A stretch of 64,000 nucleotides of DNA from a bacterium (GTDB taxonomy: Bacteria; Electryoneota; Electryoneia; Electryoneales; Electryoneaceae). Position 1 is the first letter of the stretch. Each line of letters begins with the position of its first letter. The notes below the pieces were generated by a model. That model did not search any database, was not told the DNA's origin, and was given only the letters and a program-made list of their open reading frames with translations. This document shows positions 9,106 to 18,965 of this stretch, in pieces. Position numbers and translations under genes: made by a program. The stretch spans positions 4,224,001-4,288,000 of the forward strand of contig OY769902.1 of the NCBI GenBank assembly GCA_963669175.1. Direction: 5' to 3'.

Positions 9106-9714
9106 AGCCTGCTTCAGCAGGCTCCTCTTAGCACCCGGCTTTAGCCGGGTGGATGGATATAACAAAAGCTATGAGCGCGCTTTAGCGTGCTTTAACGTCA
9201 TAGAATCCATACGAATCAGGAAAGCACCCTGAAGGGCGCTCGAACGGTTGTTTTCCTTGTTCCCCCGGCTAAAGCCCTGTCTCTTGCTCACATCTTCGTG
9301 TTTCTGCCACCCCGGAGGGGGTGGTATATTTTAGCGTAGGGTTGACGCTGTCTGTTTAGCGTCTACCCTACGAAAAAGATCAAACCTTATCTCAACCCTG
9401 GAAGGGTTGCATAACGTATAATTTACACCCAATTGGTTTGTATAGAATATAAAATGCGTTATTTCCTGTATTTATTGAACGTACTAATATGAATCGCGTA
9501 TTATGCAACCCTTCCAGGGTTGATTATTCGTTAGAATACCTGACATAGTGTACAGGCCAAACAGACGGCCTGTACACTATGCTAAAATAGGGAATCCCGC
9601 CGGGATTCTAAAAATGCTATGTCCACAACTCTTTTACTGATACAGCTTTCAGAAGATGTGGGAAAGAGACAGGGCTAAAGCCGGGGTCTAAGAGGAGCAG
9701 GCTAAAGCCTGCTA
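9106..9714. repeat. REP/REPIN-like element with inverted hairpin arms, interrupted by a MITE
   Basis: Left arm agcctgcttcagcaggct-cctcttag-cacccggctttagccggg mirrors right arm cccggctaaagccgggg-tctaagagg-agcaggctaaagcctgct once 9277-9682 is removed. Confidence 0.75.
9277..9672. mobile_element. MITE with IS50/Tn5-like 19-bp ends (IS4 family, non-autonomous)
   Basis: Ends CTGTCTCTTGCTCACATCT and (reverse complement) CTGTCTCTTTCCCACATCT; flanked by direct repeat GGCTAAAGCC (9267-9276, 9673-9682). Confidence 0.85.
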
Positions 9715-9878
9715 ACACAAGTAAATATATTTTCGAAAGAGTGCAATCGGGGAGAATCGGACTCTACCCAAGAAAGATGTTCAGTGCCTGAAAGCTGCTG
9801 TCGCCAACCTGAAACGGTAAAGACTTTCGGGAACGACATAATCACCAGAAGCATTTGAAACTCAAGGGAGGTGGTTTC

Positions 9879-10202
9879 ATGCTTGGCTTGATCTTGATGC
9901 TCGCTGAAGCAATGTTGTTCTGGTTTATCACCGTATTTATGACCCAGGACCACTCGATTGACTGGAAGAAGTTCGCCCTCTGGACCATCCTGATTCACAT
10001 GCTTGGCAATGGTGTTGCCGTCCTCCTCATTCATGCCCTTGAAGCTCCAGTGCTTGGCGCTATTCTATCCTTGGCGATTGTCGTCTCTGGCCTCTACATC
10101 ATGCTAGGCTCCCATTTTGTCGGGATAAAATCCATAGCCAAGAAAGTTCAAATCCTTGCCATCTACTTTGTCGCTTCCCTGATTTTCAGCATTGTGTGTT
10201 GA
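9879..10202 (+). CDS. Small 4-TM hypothetical membrane protein
   Basis: RBS gggagg before ATG 9879; four hydrophobic segments. Confidence 0.65.
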   Translation: MLGLILMLAEAMLFWFITVFMTQDHSIDWKKFALWTILIHMLGNGVAVLLIHALEAPVLGAILSLAIVVSGLYIMLGSHFVGIKSIAKKVQILAIYFVASLIFSIVC

Positions 10203-10342
10203 GCATGGGCCACTGCTCTTATAACTAGTCTGAGTTCCAGAACCCCACATACATTAATACCCCAGTATCTGCAAATGCTCCGAAGCTCTTAACTATTTCC
10301 TGCCTTTCGCATCGTAAATTCGAATAACATTCTGGAGTTGAA

Positions 10343-11323
10343 ATGAGTACTCATCCTGTCAAAGTCAGGTATTCATTCCTGAAGATTCTGACCGGTTCGG
10401 ATTTATCCCGGCGCAAGCTTCCTGTTATGAGCGCTACCGGCGCCAAACCCGGGCCTGTTGTATGGATAACAGCCTGCGTTCATGGTGATGAAGTCGGAGG
10501 AATTGCCATAGTACAAGAGCTCTTCAAGTACCTGAAGAAGGGATTAAAACGGGGCAAAGTAATGGCTTTCCCCCTGATGAATCCCATTGGTTTTGAAACC
10601 GGATCACGGAACATCACGATCAGCAAGGAAGACCTGAACCGATCCTTTCCCGGTGATCCGGAGGGCAGCCTTGGGAATCGTATTGCCAACCAGGTGTTTG
10701 AAAGGATATTAAGTTCCGACCCTGATCTGGTTCTGGATTTACATAATGACTGGATTCATTCTATTCCCTATGCCCTGATTGATCCTCGAGGTGAAGCGAT
10801 CTCATCAGAAACCATGCGGACAACTCGCGTTTTCGCTCATCAAACCGGCTTCATAGTCGTAAAAGACTCGGAGAACCTGACCGGCTCGCTTTCATACAGT
10901 CTATTGCTCAGAGGGATACCTGCATTGACCTTTGAAATGGGTGAGCCGAAAATCATCAATGAACGAAACGTCAAATACGGACTCGGTGCGATCAAGAATA
11001 TTTTACGCGAGATGGATATGATAGAAGACGTGGACGATCCCTTCCTGTTTCCGTTGCTGAGCTTCGATTTCCGGAACCAGGAATATCTCTATTTTGATCG
11101 TCCCTGTACTTCGAGATCAGGAATAGTCCGTTTCCTGGTAAGCGTCGGGCAACGTGTTAAACAGGGTCAACCAGTTGCAAAGATTGTCAACGCTTTCGGT
11201 AAACAGATCCAGGTGCTACGTGCGAAAACGGATGGCGTTGTCCTTGGGATGACCGATTCGGCAGTTGTTTTCCCGGGGATGGTCGTTATGGCGTTTGCAG
11301 TTTCTGAAATCCCCCAGGATTAG
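10343..11323 (+). CDS. Succinylglutamate desuccinylase/aspartoacylase family (M14-like) protein
   Basis: ACVHGDE, DLNRSFPG, DLH, FEMG; C-terminal biotinyl-like hairpin. Confidence 0.88.
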   Translation: MSTHPVKVRYSFLKILTGSDLSRRKLPVMSATGAKPGPVVWITACVHGDEVGGIAIVQELFKYLKKGLKRGKVMAFPLMNPIGFETGSRNITISKEDLNRSFPGDPEGSLGNRIANQVFERILSSDPDLVLDLHNDWIHSIPYALIDPRGEAISSETMRTTRVFAHQTGFIVVKDSENLTGSLSYSLLLRGIPALTFEMGEPKIINERNVKYGLGAIKNILREMDMIEDVDDPFLFPLLSFDFRNQEYLYFDRPCTSRSGIVRFLVSVGQRVKQGQPVAKIVNAFGKQIQVLRAKTDGVVLGMTDSAVVFPGMVVMAFAVSEIPQD

Positions 11324-11365
11324 CAACATACGAACCCGTTATGCTTTTCAGGCAAGACGAAAATA

Positions 11366-11402
11366 AAAGCACCCATCCAGATATGTACCTGAATGGGTGC
11401 TT
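11366..11402 (-). terminator. Rho-independent terminator downstream of tRNA-Gly
   Basis: aagcacccat...atgggtgctt hairpin followed by a T-run on the minus strand. Confidence 0.65.
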
Positions 11403-11477
11403 GGAGCGGCGGACGGGACTCGAACCCGCAACATCCAGCTTGGGAAGCTGGTGCGCTACCAATTGCGCCACCACCGC
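11402..11477 (-). tRNA. tRNA-Gly (CCC)
   Basis: GCGGTGG acceptor, anticodon arm CCAGC-TTCCCAA-GCTGG, GGTTCGAGTCC T-arm, 3' CCA; 76 nt. Confidence 0.96.
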
Positions 11478-11634
11478 TTGTGTTGACCGGAGTATACATC
11501 CGTGGTAAGGATGCTGTCAAGATTTCATTTCCGCGTTCTTCGCTTGTGTTGGCTGTGCGAGACTCCTCCCCGGATAACATTGCACTACCATTCCCCCAAT
11601 CTTACCTTTGCCGAGTCACAACGGAGAGGTAGTC

Positions 11635-13092
11635 ATGCCGGAAATACTGGATGCGGTGGGCGAACTGAAAGAGGGAGTCAAGCTCCCGGACGCGGATCCC
11701 GCAGAAGATTTTAAGGGGTATCGTGGTGATGCCCGTGTGTTATTGGAAAAAACAGGCGCTCGTGTCTGGTGCGAAGTTGTACTGGAAACCACTCGCGGCG
11801 ATTTTCCCGGTATCCTGTTGCCACGTAGTGAAACGGCTGATGACAGGCATCTTGTCATCAAGTTGACCTACAACGGATACAACATTGGTGTCGCGATTGA
11901 CACTATCGAGAAAATTCGCATCGAGGGCTACCGCAAGGCAAACTACAAAATCCCGGAAAAAGAGTTTCCCACGGATGAAGGCAAGCCGAGCGTCGTTCTG
12001 CTGGGAACCGGCGGCACTATCGCCAGTCGTCTTGACTATCGTACCGGCGCAGTGATTCCGGCATTCAGCCCGGGCGAGCTGTATGGTTCTGTCCCGGAAC
12101 TGGCAGACATTTGCAACCTGCGCACCACCAAGCTGTATGGTGAGTTCAGCGAGAACATCGGCCCGACGCACTGGAAAGGTGTAGCGGCTGAGATCGCACG
12201 TGAGATTGAAGAGAACCACGTTGACGGTATCGTTATCGGTCATGGTACGGATACCATGCACTACACCGCTGCAGCGTTGACCTTCATGATCCAGAATCTC
12301 CCGGTGCCGGTTGTTGTGGTCGGCAGCCAGCGTTCCAGCGACCGTCCCTCATCAGATGCGGCGCTGAACCTGATCCGTGCCGTCAAAACTGCGGCTGATG
12401 GCGATTTTGCTGAAGTCATGGTCTGCATGTTCGGTCCGACCAGTGACTCCTATGACCTGCTGCACCGTGGCACGCGAGTCCGCAAGATGCACTCGAGCTA
12501 CCGTAGCACCTTCCGCACACTTTCCGACACGCCGATCGCGCGTGTGGATATGGATGGCTTCCGTCCGATCAAGCATGAGCAGGATTATACGCATCGCGAT
12601 ATGAATCGCAAGCCGATCCTGGACAACGTGTTCGATGAACGGGTTGCCATTGTCTGGTATTATCCCAACATGAAGCCGGATGTGATCGACAGCCTGATCG
12701 ACAACGGTTACAAAGGCATCATCATCGCCGGAACCGGCCTGGGTCATGTCAACAAGCCGCTCTACCCCGCCATTAAGCGCGGTGTCGAGCAGGGCGTACA
12801 CTTCTTCATGACAGTCCAGACTCTCTGGGGCTATGTCCAGATGTTTGTGTACGACACCGGCCGTGACATCATGGAGCTGGGCGTTACTCCGTTGGCGAAC
12901 ATGCTGCCGGAAGTCGCGTACGTGAAGCTGGGCTGGGTGCTGGGCCATACCGATGAACGCGACGAAGTGAAGCGCATGATGCTGACCCCGGTCAATGGGG
13001 AAATCACAGAACGCGAACCGATTGATGGCTACCTGGTCATGCAGGGCGGATTGCCTGAGCTGGATGAGTACTTCAAACAGTTCAAGGTCTGA
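11635..13092 (+). CDS. gatD: Glu-tRNA(Gln) amidotransferase subunit D (archaeal-type GatD)
   Basis: GatD N-domain (GILLPR...IKL..NGYNIG), GTGGTIASRLDYRTGAV, HGTDTMHYTAAAL, GSQRSSDRPSSDA, HRGTRVRKMHSS, MLPEVAYVKLGWVLG. Confidence 0.85.
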   Translation: MPEILDAVGELKEGVKLPDADPAEDFKGYRGDARVLLEKTGARVWCEVVLETTRGDFPGILLPRSETADDRHLVIKLTYNGYNIGVAIDTIEKIRIEGYRKANYKIPEKEFPTDEGKPSVVLLGTGGTIASRLDYRTGAVIPAFSPGELYGSVPELADICNLRTTKLYGEFSENIGPTHWKGVAAEIAREIEENHVDGIVIGHGTDTMHYTAAALTFMIQNLPVPVVVVGSQRSSDRPSSDAALNLIRAVKTAADGDFAEVMVCMFGPTSDSYDLLHRGTRVRKMHSSYRSTFRTLSDTPIARVDMDGFRPIKHEQDYTHRDMNRKPILDNVFDERVAIVWYYPNMKPDVIDSLIDNGYKGIIIAGTGLGHVNKPLYPAIKRGVEQGVHFFMTVQTLWGYVQMFVYDTGRDIMELGVTPLANMLPEVAYVKLGWVLGHTDERDEVKRMMLTPVNGEITEREPIDGYLVMQGGLPELDEYFKQFKV

Positions 13093-13182
13093 TCGCACCC
13101 TTCGGTAACTCCGGAGATAGCCTCAAACTGCGTTTCCGGTGGGAACACGAATTCATGACACTCGTATCATTCTACAGGAGAG

Positions 13183-13425
13183 GTGTGGCCTTCAGAGAAT
13201 GATGTTTGTGCGAGTTGTGTCATGGGAATACTTGTTTCGACGTACTGGTATTACTTACCTGCGCTGCTTTTTGCGCTCCTGTTTCCTTTTGCCGGGTGTA
13301 GAAAACTCCGGAAAGAGTTCCGTATGCACGCTCGGGGCACCCGGTGGTGTTTTTATGCGTCGTACGTAGTCACCTTCAGCCTGATGTTACTGCTGGTATT
13401 GATCACCTTCCGTCATTATAGCTGA
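13183..13425 (+). CDS. Small 2-TM hypothetical protein
   Basis: RBS-like aggag upstream, two hydrophobic segments, fills an intergenic gap. Confidence 0.4.
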   Translation: MWPSENDVCASCVMGILVSTYWYYLPALLFALLFPFAGCRKLRKEFRMHARGTRWCFYASYVVTFSLMLLLVLITFRHYS

Positions 13426-13437
13426 TTGCTGATTACT

Positions 13438-14166
13438 CTATTTCTTCGCTTTGCTTTTCCCCGCAAGTTCCTGTACTTCCTGTGCGGACAGGTTCCGCCA
13501 GTGTCCCTCTTTCAGGCTGCCCAGTGTTACCGTACCGATGCGTACACGAACCAGCTCGGCGATCCAGAGCTTTTCGGCTTTTGCCAGGTTTCGTACCTGT
13601 CGATTCCTGCCTTCACGCAAAACCACGCTGATCAATTGCCCTTTCCGGGTAACACGTTTGGCCCTGTATGTCTTCCCGTCTTCCTCGTAAGAAGCTTTCT
13701 TCATTTTCGCTTCCGCTTCCTTGGGCGACGATTTACGGAAACGCACCAGGTATTCCTTCTCCTTGCCATAGCGTGGATGCATAATCTTGTTCGCCCAGTC
13801 GCCATCGGTGGTCAGGAACAGTAATCCGCTGCTGTTCAGGTCGAGTCTGCCTACAGTAAAAAGACGCCTCTCCTTCTTCACCAGGTCACCGAGCAAACGT
13901 CCCGGTTCCGTAGACTTGGTAAAACTGGACAAGTAGCCGACCGGTTTGTTCAGCACGAGATAGAGATGCGGTTTAGGACGCGGTAGCGGTGTCCCCTCCA
14001 CCTCGATCCGTTCCTTACCCTCTTCAACCGGGTATGCCGGATCGACGATGATTTCGCCATCGACCGTAACCTTACCGTCACGGATGATCTCTTCGCTGAC
14101 ACGCCGTGCCGCAATACCACGCTTTGCCAGCAGGTGCGCCAGCCGGATCGTCTCTTTTTCTGCCAT
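13438..14166 (-). CDS. rRNA pseudouridine synthase (RsuA/RluB family) with S4 domain
   Basis: LNKPVGY, VGRLDLNSSGLL, EKEY.V, EGRNRQVR, LVRVRIG. Confidence 0.92.
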   Translation of the reverse strand: MAEKETIRLAHLLAKRGIAARRVSEEIIRDGKVTVDGEIIVDPAYPVEEGKERIEVEGTPLPRPKPHLYLVLNKPVGYLSSFTKSTEPGRLLGDLVKKERRLFTVGRLDLNSSGLLFLTTDGDWANKIMHPRYGKEKEYLVRFRKSSPKEAEAKMKKASYEEDGKTYRAKRVTRKGQLISVVLREGRNRQVRNLAKAEKLWIAELVRVRIGTVTLGSLKEGHWRNLSAQEVQELAGKSKAKK

Positions 14167-14346
14167 GTCTCTGTTTCTTTCCTGCAGATCAATTTCATTG
14201 AATTGATCCACATCTCCACACAAGTACACTGCGTTCTAGTGAGGGGCAATATACGTTCGGCCGCTCTGTTTCCAAAGCGGCCGAAACGTAAGAAAATCAC
14301 TCTCGTATCAGCTAACCGGCAATCAACCGGCTAACGGAAGAGAAGT

Positions 14347-16503
14347 TTAAAATTTCGCATGGTTCTGAATGTCCCTGCTGATGGTCGGTTCAGCATCAAC
14401 GATTTCATTGATGACAGTCACCGCCCCGGTCGAACCATTGACTTCACACACGCGCCAGTATTCACCATCCCCTGAACTCGGCACAGTTACAGTCGTAACC
14501 AGGCCACTCTCATCATACACCTGAACTCGTGCACCACAACCGGCCAGGTCCGGGGTACCCGAATAGTTATGGACATAGTAGGTATATGTTCCTGTAAACT
14601 GCTGGTAAACAGTGATGGTTTCCGGCCCGTAGCCGTTCATATCATCGATATCAAGCATTGCATAGGGAGCTTCATCTGCATAACCAGTGAATCCATAATA
14701 GACATGGTAATCACTGCCTTCAATCTCCGGTGTCAACAGGTGGCTGTCCAGATCGTACGGACTACTGCCCCATCCAAGAATAAAACGCAGGCTTCCTTCC
14801 CCGGTAAGCACTGGCGACATGATGAAGTTCACTTGAACTTCGCTATCCTGAACGATGTACGTTTCCTGGGTGTTATTGTAGTAACCTGTCGCAGTTACCG
14901 TAATATCATGAGTTCCTGTCGCAGTCAGGAAAGCGTAGTAGCCCTGTGCATTGGAATAGCCTGACTCACCGGTATCACTGTAAATGTAGGCGCCTTCAAT
15001 AGCGTTTCCGGTCTGTGAGTCGGTCACAAAACCGTACACAGTGCCACGTGTCTGTACAGATTCATCCAAGTTGAAGTACAAGGAATAAGCCCCATGCGTC
15101 CCCACACTGACAGATTCCGAGTCGTCATTATACCCGTTCGCAGAAGCTGTTACTGAGTGAATGCCGGCGGGAAGAAACATGGTGTAATAGCCATCGCCAT
15201 CCGTATATGTATAAATGCCATCCTGGTTGCTGACCATGGCATCTTCAATACCAACATAGTAGGTATTGGTAACCGTCCCGTAAACCAGACCATAACTGTA
15301 GTCACCGTTCATGGTCAGTTCGACGTCAAGATGGTATTCCTGGCTTTCCGCCAGAGTAATCGGATCGGACACAACGGTGTCGCCCATGGTATGTGTGAAC
15401 GAGATCTGGTTCACACCGGCGCTGACTGTGAAGGAATAGTAGCCATGTTCGTTTGCCATGGTAGAGTGTCCGAATTCATCCCAGACGAGAACATTCGGGA
15501 ATCCAACACCCGTAACCCCCAGGGTCACATTACCCCAGACGGTTGCAGTCCCGGATGCCTGCTGAGTCAGGTAGATTGTTGTCGCAGCAGGTGTGCCTGC
15601 GACGACCTGAACAGTCGCAGTATTGGACACATATCCGGTTGCGGACACGGTAAGAATGCGTGTTCCCGGATTCACATAAAGTGTAAAGTATCCAGTGGAT
15701 TGGGAATAGGCTGTATGGTTATCGTCCGAAACGATCATTGCACCTTCAATAGCGCCACCCGAGACAGCATCATAGATAAACCCATACACTTCACCGGTGA
15801 CATCAGGCTGAAGCTGGATATCAAACATCTGGTAACTGTTGGCAGACAGAACAGCGCTTTCTGAAACAGCCTGATACCCGTCTACGTCAACGTCAACAGT
15901 ATAGTTGCCTGCATCCAGACCGCCCTTGTAGAAGAAACCGTAGGCGTCTGTGGTGGCAGTGAACTCGTACTCCGTATCAGTCTGAATAATGGTCACATTC
16001 TGGTTGATGACAGGAGCATATTCCTCTGTGTAAAGCGCGCCACAGACAGTTCCCTTGCCGTTTCCTCCGCGTACCATGTACGTGACATAGGTACCATCTT
16101 CATCAGTTTCTGTGAGGGTTGCACGGTATGAATCGTACACAACAACCAGTTCCGTTTGATCGCCAATATCTTCCTCATCCATGGATTCAACAACGGTTAC
16201 GGTCAAGTAGTTATGACCGCCACTCACTTCCCATGTAGAGGTACCAGAAGAATAAGCGACACCGTTAATGGTGACCGTCCAATCCCCATTAGCAGAGATG
16301 GTATATACTATCATCTGGTCATATCCGGATGTATATCCGAAATAGTCAGCGACATTGTACCAGGTGCCGGTAAAGCCGCTTGGAATAATCTCGTTTTCTT
16401 CGTCATCATCTTCTGAATCATCACACCCGACAAACAGACCACCCGTCATTGACACTGCCAGCAGACCGATACAAAGCCAGAACAACCAGAACTTTCTGAA
16501 CAT
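14347..16503 (-). CDS. Lipoprotein with repeated carboxypeptidase-regulatory-like domains and a C-terminal YfaP/DUF2135-like domain
   Basis: Lipobox LFVGC; about 5 G.V.G.V.D..TG..I.GA repeats; C-terminal LGWG...DLDSH...LDIDD..GYGPETI. Confidence 0.75.
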   Translation of the reverse strand: MFRKFWLFWLCIGLLAVSMTGGLFVGCDDSEDDDEENEIIPSGFTGTWYNVADYFGYTSGYDQMIVYTISANGDWTVTINGVAYSSGTSTWEVSGGHNYLTVTVVESMDEEDIGDQTELVVVYDSYRATLTETDEDGTYVTYMVRGGNGKGTVCGALYTEEYAPVINQNVTIIQTDTEYEFTATTDAYGFFYKGGLDAGNYTVDVDVDGYQAVSESAVLSANSYQMFDIQLQPDVTGEVYGFIYDAVSGGAIEGAMIVSDDNHTAYSQSTGYFTLYVNPGTRILTVSATGYVSNTATVQVVAGTPAATTIYLTQQASGTATVWGNVTLGVTGVGFPNVLVWDEFGHSTMANEHGYYSFTVSAGVNQISFTHTMGDTVVSDPITLAESQEYHLDVELTMNGDYSYGLVYGTVTNTYYVGIEDAMVSNQDGIYTYTDGDGYYTMFLPAGIHSVTASANGYNDDSESVSVGTHGAYSLYFNLDESVQTRGTVYGFVTDSQTGNAIEGAYIYSDTGESGYSNAQGYYAFLTATGTHDITVTATGYYNNTQETYIVQDSEVQVNFIMSPVLTGEGSLRFILGWGSSPYDLDSHLLTPEIEGSDYHVYYGFTGYADEAPYAMLDIDDMNGYGPETITVYQQFTGTYTYYVHNYSGTPDLAGCGARVQVYDESGLVTTVTVPSSGDGEYWRVCEVNGSTGAVTVINEIVDAEPTISRDIQNHAKF

Positions 16504-16852
16504 GAGCCACCCCTCTTTGAATGAGCAGGACACCTGTGTATCCCGCTTCAGGTTTCTGCAAGTATACCTCAGTGAAACAAATATACAATGGAAAACAAGG
16601 CCAGAATGAATTGCCCGGAAAACACAATATCTTTACAAGTTCCAACTGATAATGTACAACTATTTTGATGAGTTGCCGTACAGGTTCCGGGAGTCACCTG
16701 CGTGATTGAAAGCATCAATCACACAGGATTAAACACGTGGTTATAATAAACATGAAAAGCACCCTGGAGAACTATATAATGCTTTGCGCTCATGCTTCTT
16801 ATCCTCTACATTATCATCTTCAACTATTGGTGATACCACGGAGTTTACTCTC

Positions 16853-17854
16853 ATGGCGAAGCTGGACTTGTACACGATACGGTCACATTCGTTCGACCCT
16901 TTTTACAATATTTCCCTGGAAGAAGCCATCCTGGACTGGATACCTGAAAATGGTGTTGCTTTCTACTTGTGGCAGAATGAGAATACCGTGGTCATCGGCC
17001 GTCATCAGAACGTGTGGAAAGAGTGCCGCTGGCAGGAGCTGGAGGATGATGGCGGTCGTCTTGCGCGGCGTCTCTCCGGCGGTGGCGCAGTATACCACGA
17101 CATGGGCAACCTGAATTTCACCTTTATCGCCGGGAAGAATCATTACAACCTTCACCGGCAACTGAAAGTGTTGCTCGAAGCAGTGCGCATGCAGGATATT
17201 CACGCCGAGTTTTCCGGACGAAACGATCTGACAGTTGACGGTCAGAAGTTTTCCGGAAATGCTTTCCATCGCAATGCACATGCTTCCCTGCACCACGGCA
17301 CCCTGCTTTTGAACGTCGATTTCAGCAAGCTGAGCCGGTACTTGAATCCACCTGTGGAGAAGCTCCGTTCCAAGGGCGTCGAATCAGTGAAAGCACGGGT
17401 TATAAACCTGAGTTCGCTGAATCCTGCGATTACCCTGGATACCATGATTGACTCTTTATTAGCTGCCTTTACCGATGAATACGCAGGAGACACGTCGGCA
17501 GTAACCCAACTTGAGGTAGATCAATTCACGCCTGAGATCGAAATTCGATACCCCAGATTTGCATCCTGGGAATGGCGTTTTGGGAAAACTCCTGTTTTTG
17601 ATATTACTCACAGCACACGTTTCCCCTGGGGCGGTATCGAGATGGGATTTACGCTGAAAGATGCCGAGATTATCCAGGCCGATGTCTTCTCTGATGCCAT
17701 GAACGCGGAACTGATCGGCAGGATTCAGCAGGTTCTGCAAGGCGCATTGTTCAAGCGCGATGTAATCCCTTCCCTGATTGAAAAAGCAGTGCAGGACAAC
17801 GAGGAAGCGCAAGTAGTGAATGATATTCAGACCTGGCTGGCTGAAGCGTTGTAA
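16853..17854 (+). CDS. lplA: Lipoate-protein ligase A
   Basis: WQNENTVVIGRHQN, RRLSGGGAVYHDMGNLNF, GRND, KFSGNA, HHGTLL, SWEWRFGKTP. Confidence 0.95.
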   Translation: MAKLDLYTIRSHSFDPFYNISLEEAILDWIPENGVAFYLWQNENTVVIGRHQNVWKECRWQELEDDGGRLARRLSGGGAVYHDMGNLNFTFIAGKNHYNLHRQLKVLLEAVRMQDIHAEFSGRNDLTVDGQKFSGNAFHRNAHASLHHGTLLLNVDFSKLSRYLNPPVEKLRSKGVESVKARVINLSSLNPAITLDTMIDSLLAAFTDEYAGDTSAVTQLEVDQFTPEIEIRYPRFASWEWRFGKTPVFDITHSTRFPWGGIEMGFTLKDAEIIQADVFSDAMNAELIGRIQQVLQGALFKRDVIPSLIEKAVQDNEEAQVVNDIQTWLAEAL

Positions 17855-17876
17855 CCCAGAACCATGACCACTCATC

Positions 17877-17909
17877 GGGACACTCTGTTTTGGAGCGTCC
17901 CGTTTTTTT
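17877..17909 (+). terminator. Rho-independent terminator of lplA
   Basis: gggacactc...gagcgtccc followed by a T-run. Confidence 0.65.
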
Positions 17910-18053
17910 GTATATAAAACGAACCCTCCCGCGGATGCAGGAGGGCACAAGGTGTATCGCAATTCATTTCCGTTTCGCGATCAACCTTGCGAACCTGTCT
18001 GCCCTGGGAAGGACAGGACAGGTTTACGCGAACCGGTATGTGAAGGGTATGTC

Positions 18054-18896
18054 TTAGCCAATCAATTGCGCAACCATCTGTGGCACCATATTCGCCTGTG
18101 CCAGCATGCTGATTCCCGACTGCATCAGGATTTGCGCACGCGTGAAGTTGCTCATCTCCTCGGCGATATCCGCATCTCGAATATCCTCTTCCGCCGCAAC
18201 CGAAGTCTCGCGCGATATCTGCTGATACAGAATCGTGTTCTGCAAGCGATTTACGTAAGCGCCCAAACGTGTTCGCAGGGTGTCTTTCGAGTTAATCGCC
18301 TCATCCAGGGTAGTGATGGCTTCCTGCGCGGTAGCCGTATTCAGGAGCGACAGGTTTGAAATCCCAAGCGCCCCGGAAGTGGCATTGCCCATCTGGACGT
18401 AGTAATAGTCCACATTCGAGGTATTGAAAATACCGATGTGGAACTTGATTCCACGCGCGTCTTCCTGTGACCAGGTGCCATCCAACAGGAATTTGCCGTT
18501 GTAGTTGGTCGAACGTGCGATGCGATCCACTTCGCTGCGCAGACTGTCAAACTCCATATGCAGGGCCTGCCTGTCGGCACTCGACAAGGGACCGTTTGAA
18601 GCTTGAACTGCCAGCGCACGCAGGCGGATCAGTTTTTCATCAATCACGCTCAACGCGCCATCAACCATGCTGATCAAGTTGATTGCATACGTAGCGTTTC
18701 GCTCGGCTTCCGTCTGAGAAGCGATCTGTGCGCGAAAACGCTCTGAAAGATTCAACGCCGCCGGGTCATCCCAGGCATTGTTGACTCTTAATCCACTGCT
18801 GAGCCTCTCCACAGCCGTATCAAGGCCGCTCTGTGCTCCTTTGATATATCGTTGTGCTGACAACGATAAAACATTGTGAGCAATGCTGGTACTCAT
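18054..18896 (-). CDS. fliC: Flagellin (short, 280 aa)
   Basis: ERLSSGLRVN.A.DDPA, LAVQASNG, LGAYVNRL, IRDADIAEEM, QILMQSGISMLAQAN. Confidence 0.93.
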   Translation of the reverse strand: MSTSIAHNVLSLSAQRYIKGAQSGLDTAVERLSSGLRVNNAWDDPAALNLSERFRAQIASQTEAERNATYAINLISMVDGALSVIDEKLIRLRALAVQASNGPLSSADRQALHMEFDSLRSEVDRIARSTNYNGKFLLDGTWSQEDARGIKFHIGIFNTSNVDYYYVQMGNATSGALGISNLSLLNTATAQEAITTLDEAINSKDTLRTRLGAYVNRLQNTILYQQISRETSVAAEEDIRDADIAEEMSNFTRAQILMQSGISMLAQANMVPQMVAQLIG

Positions 18897-18965
18897 GGTA
18901 GCCTCCTACCCCAGTGTTACCGGTTCGAATGTTTTGGAGCCCGTGGGCTCACCCTTCACTCCGAG

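Noticed and set aside
8785-9165. ORFs with RISN(RH/SY) or IESA(ID/IA) repeats
   Set aside because: Translations of the 18-bp tandem repeat that run into the IS end; no independent coding evidence.
9277-9295. Nextera/Tn5 adapter contamination
   Set aside because: Both ends differ from the ME at positions 10-12 in different ways, face inward as a pair, and are flanked by a target duplication.
7550-11402. Genomic island integrated at the tRNA-Gly 3' end
   Set aside because: No integrase and no duplicated tRNA 3' end (att site) was spotted.
16698-16730. Hairpin between the lipoprotein gene and lplA as a riboswitch
   Set aside because: Single stem-loop with no recognisable aptamer consensus.
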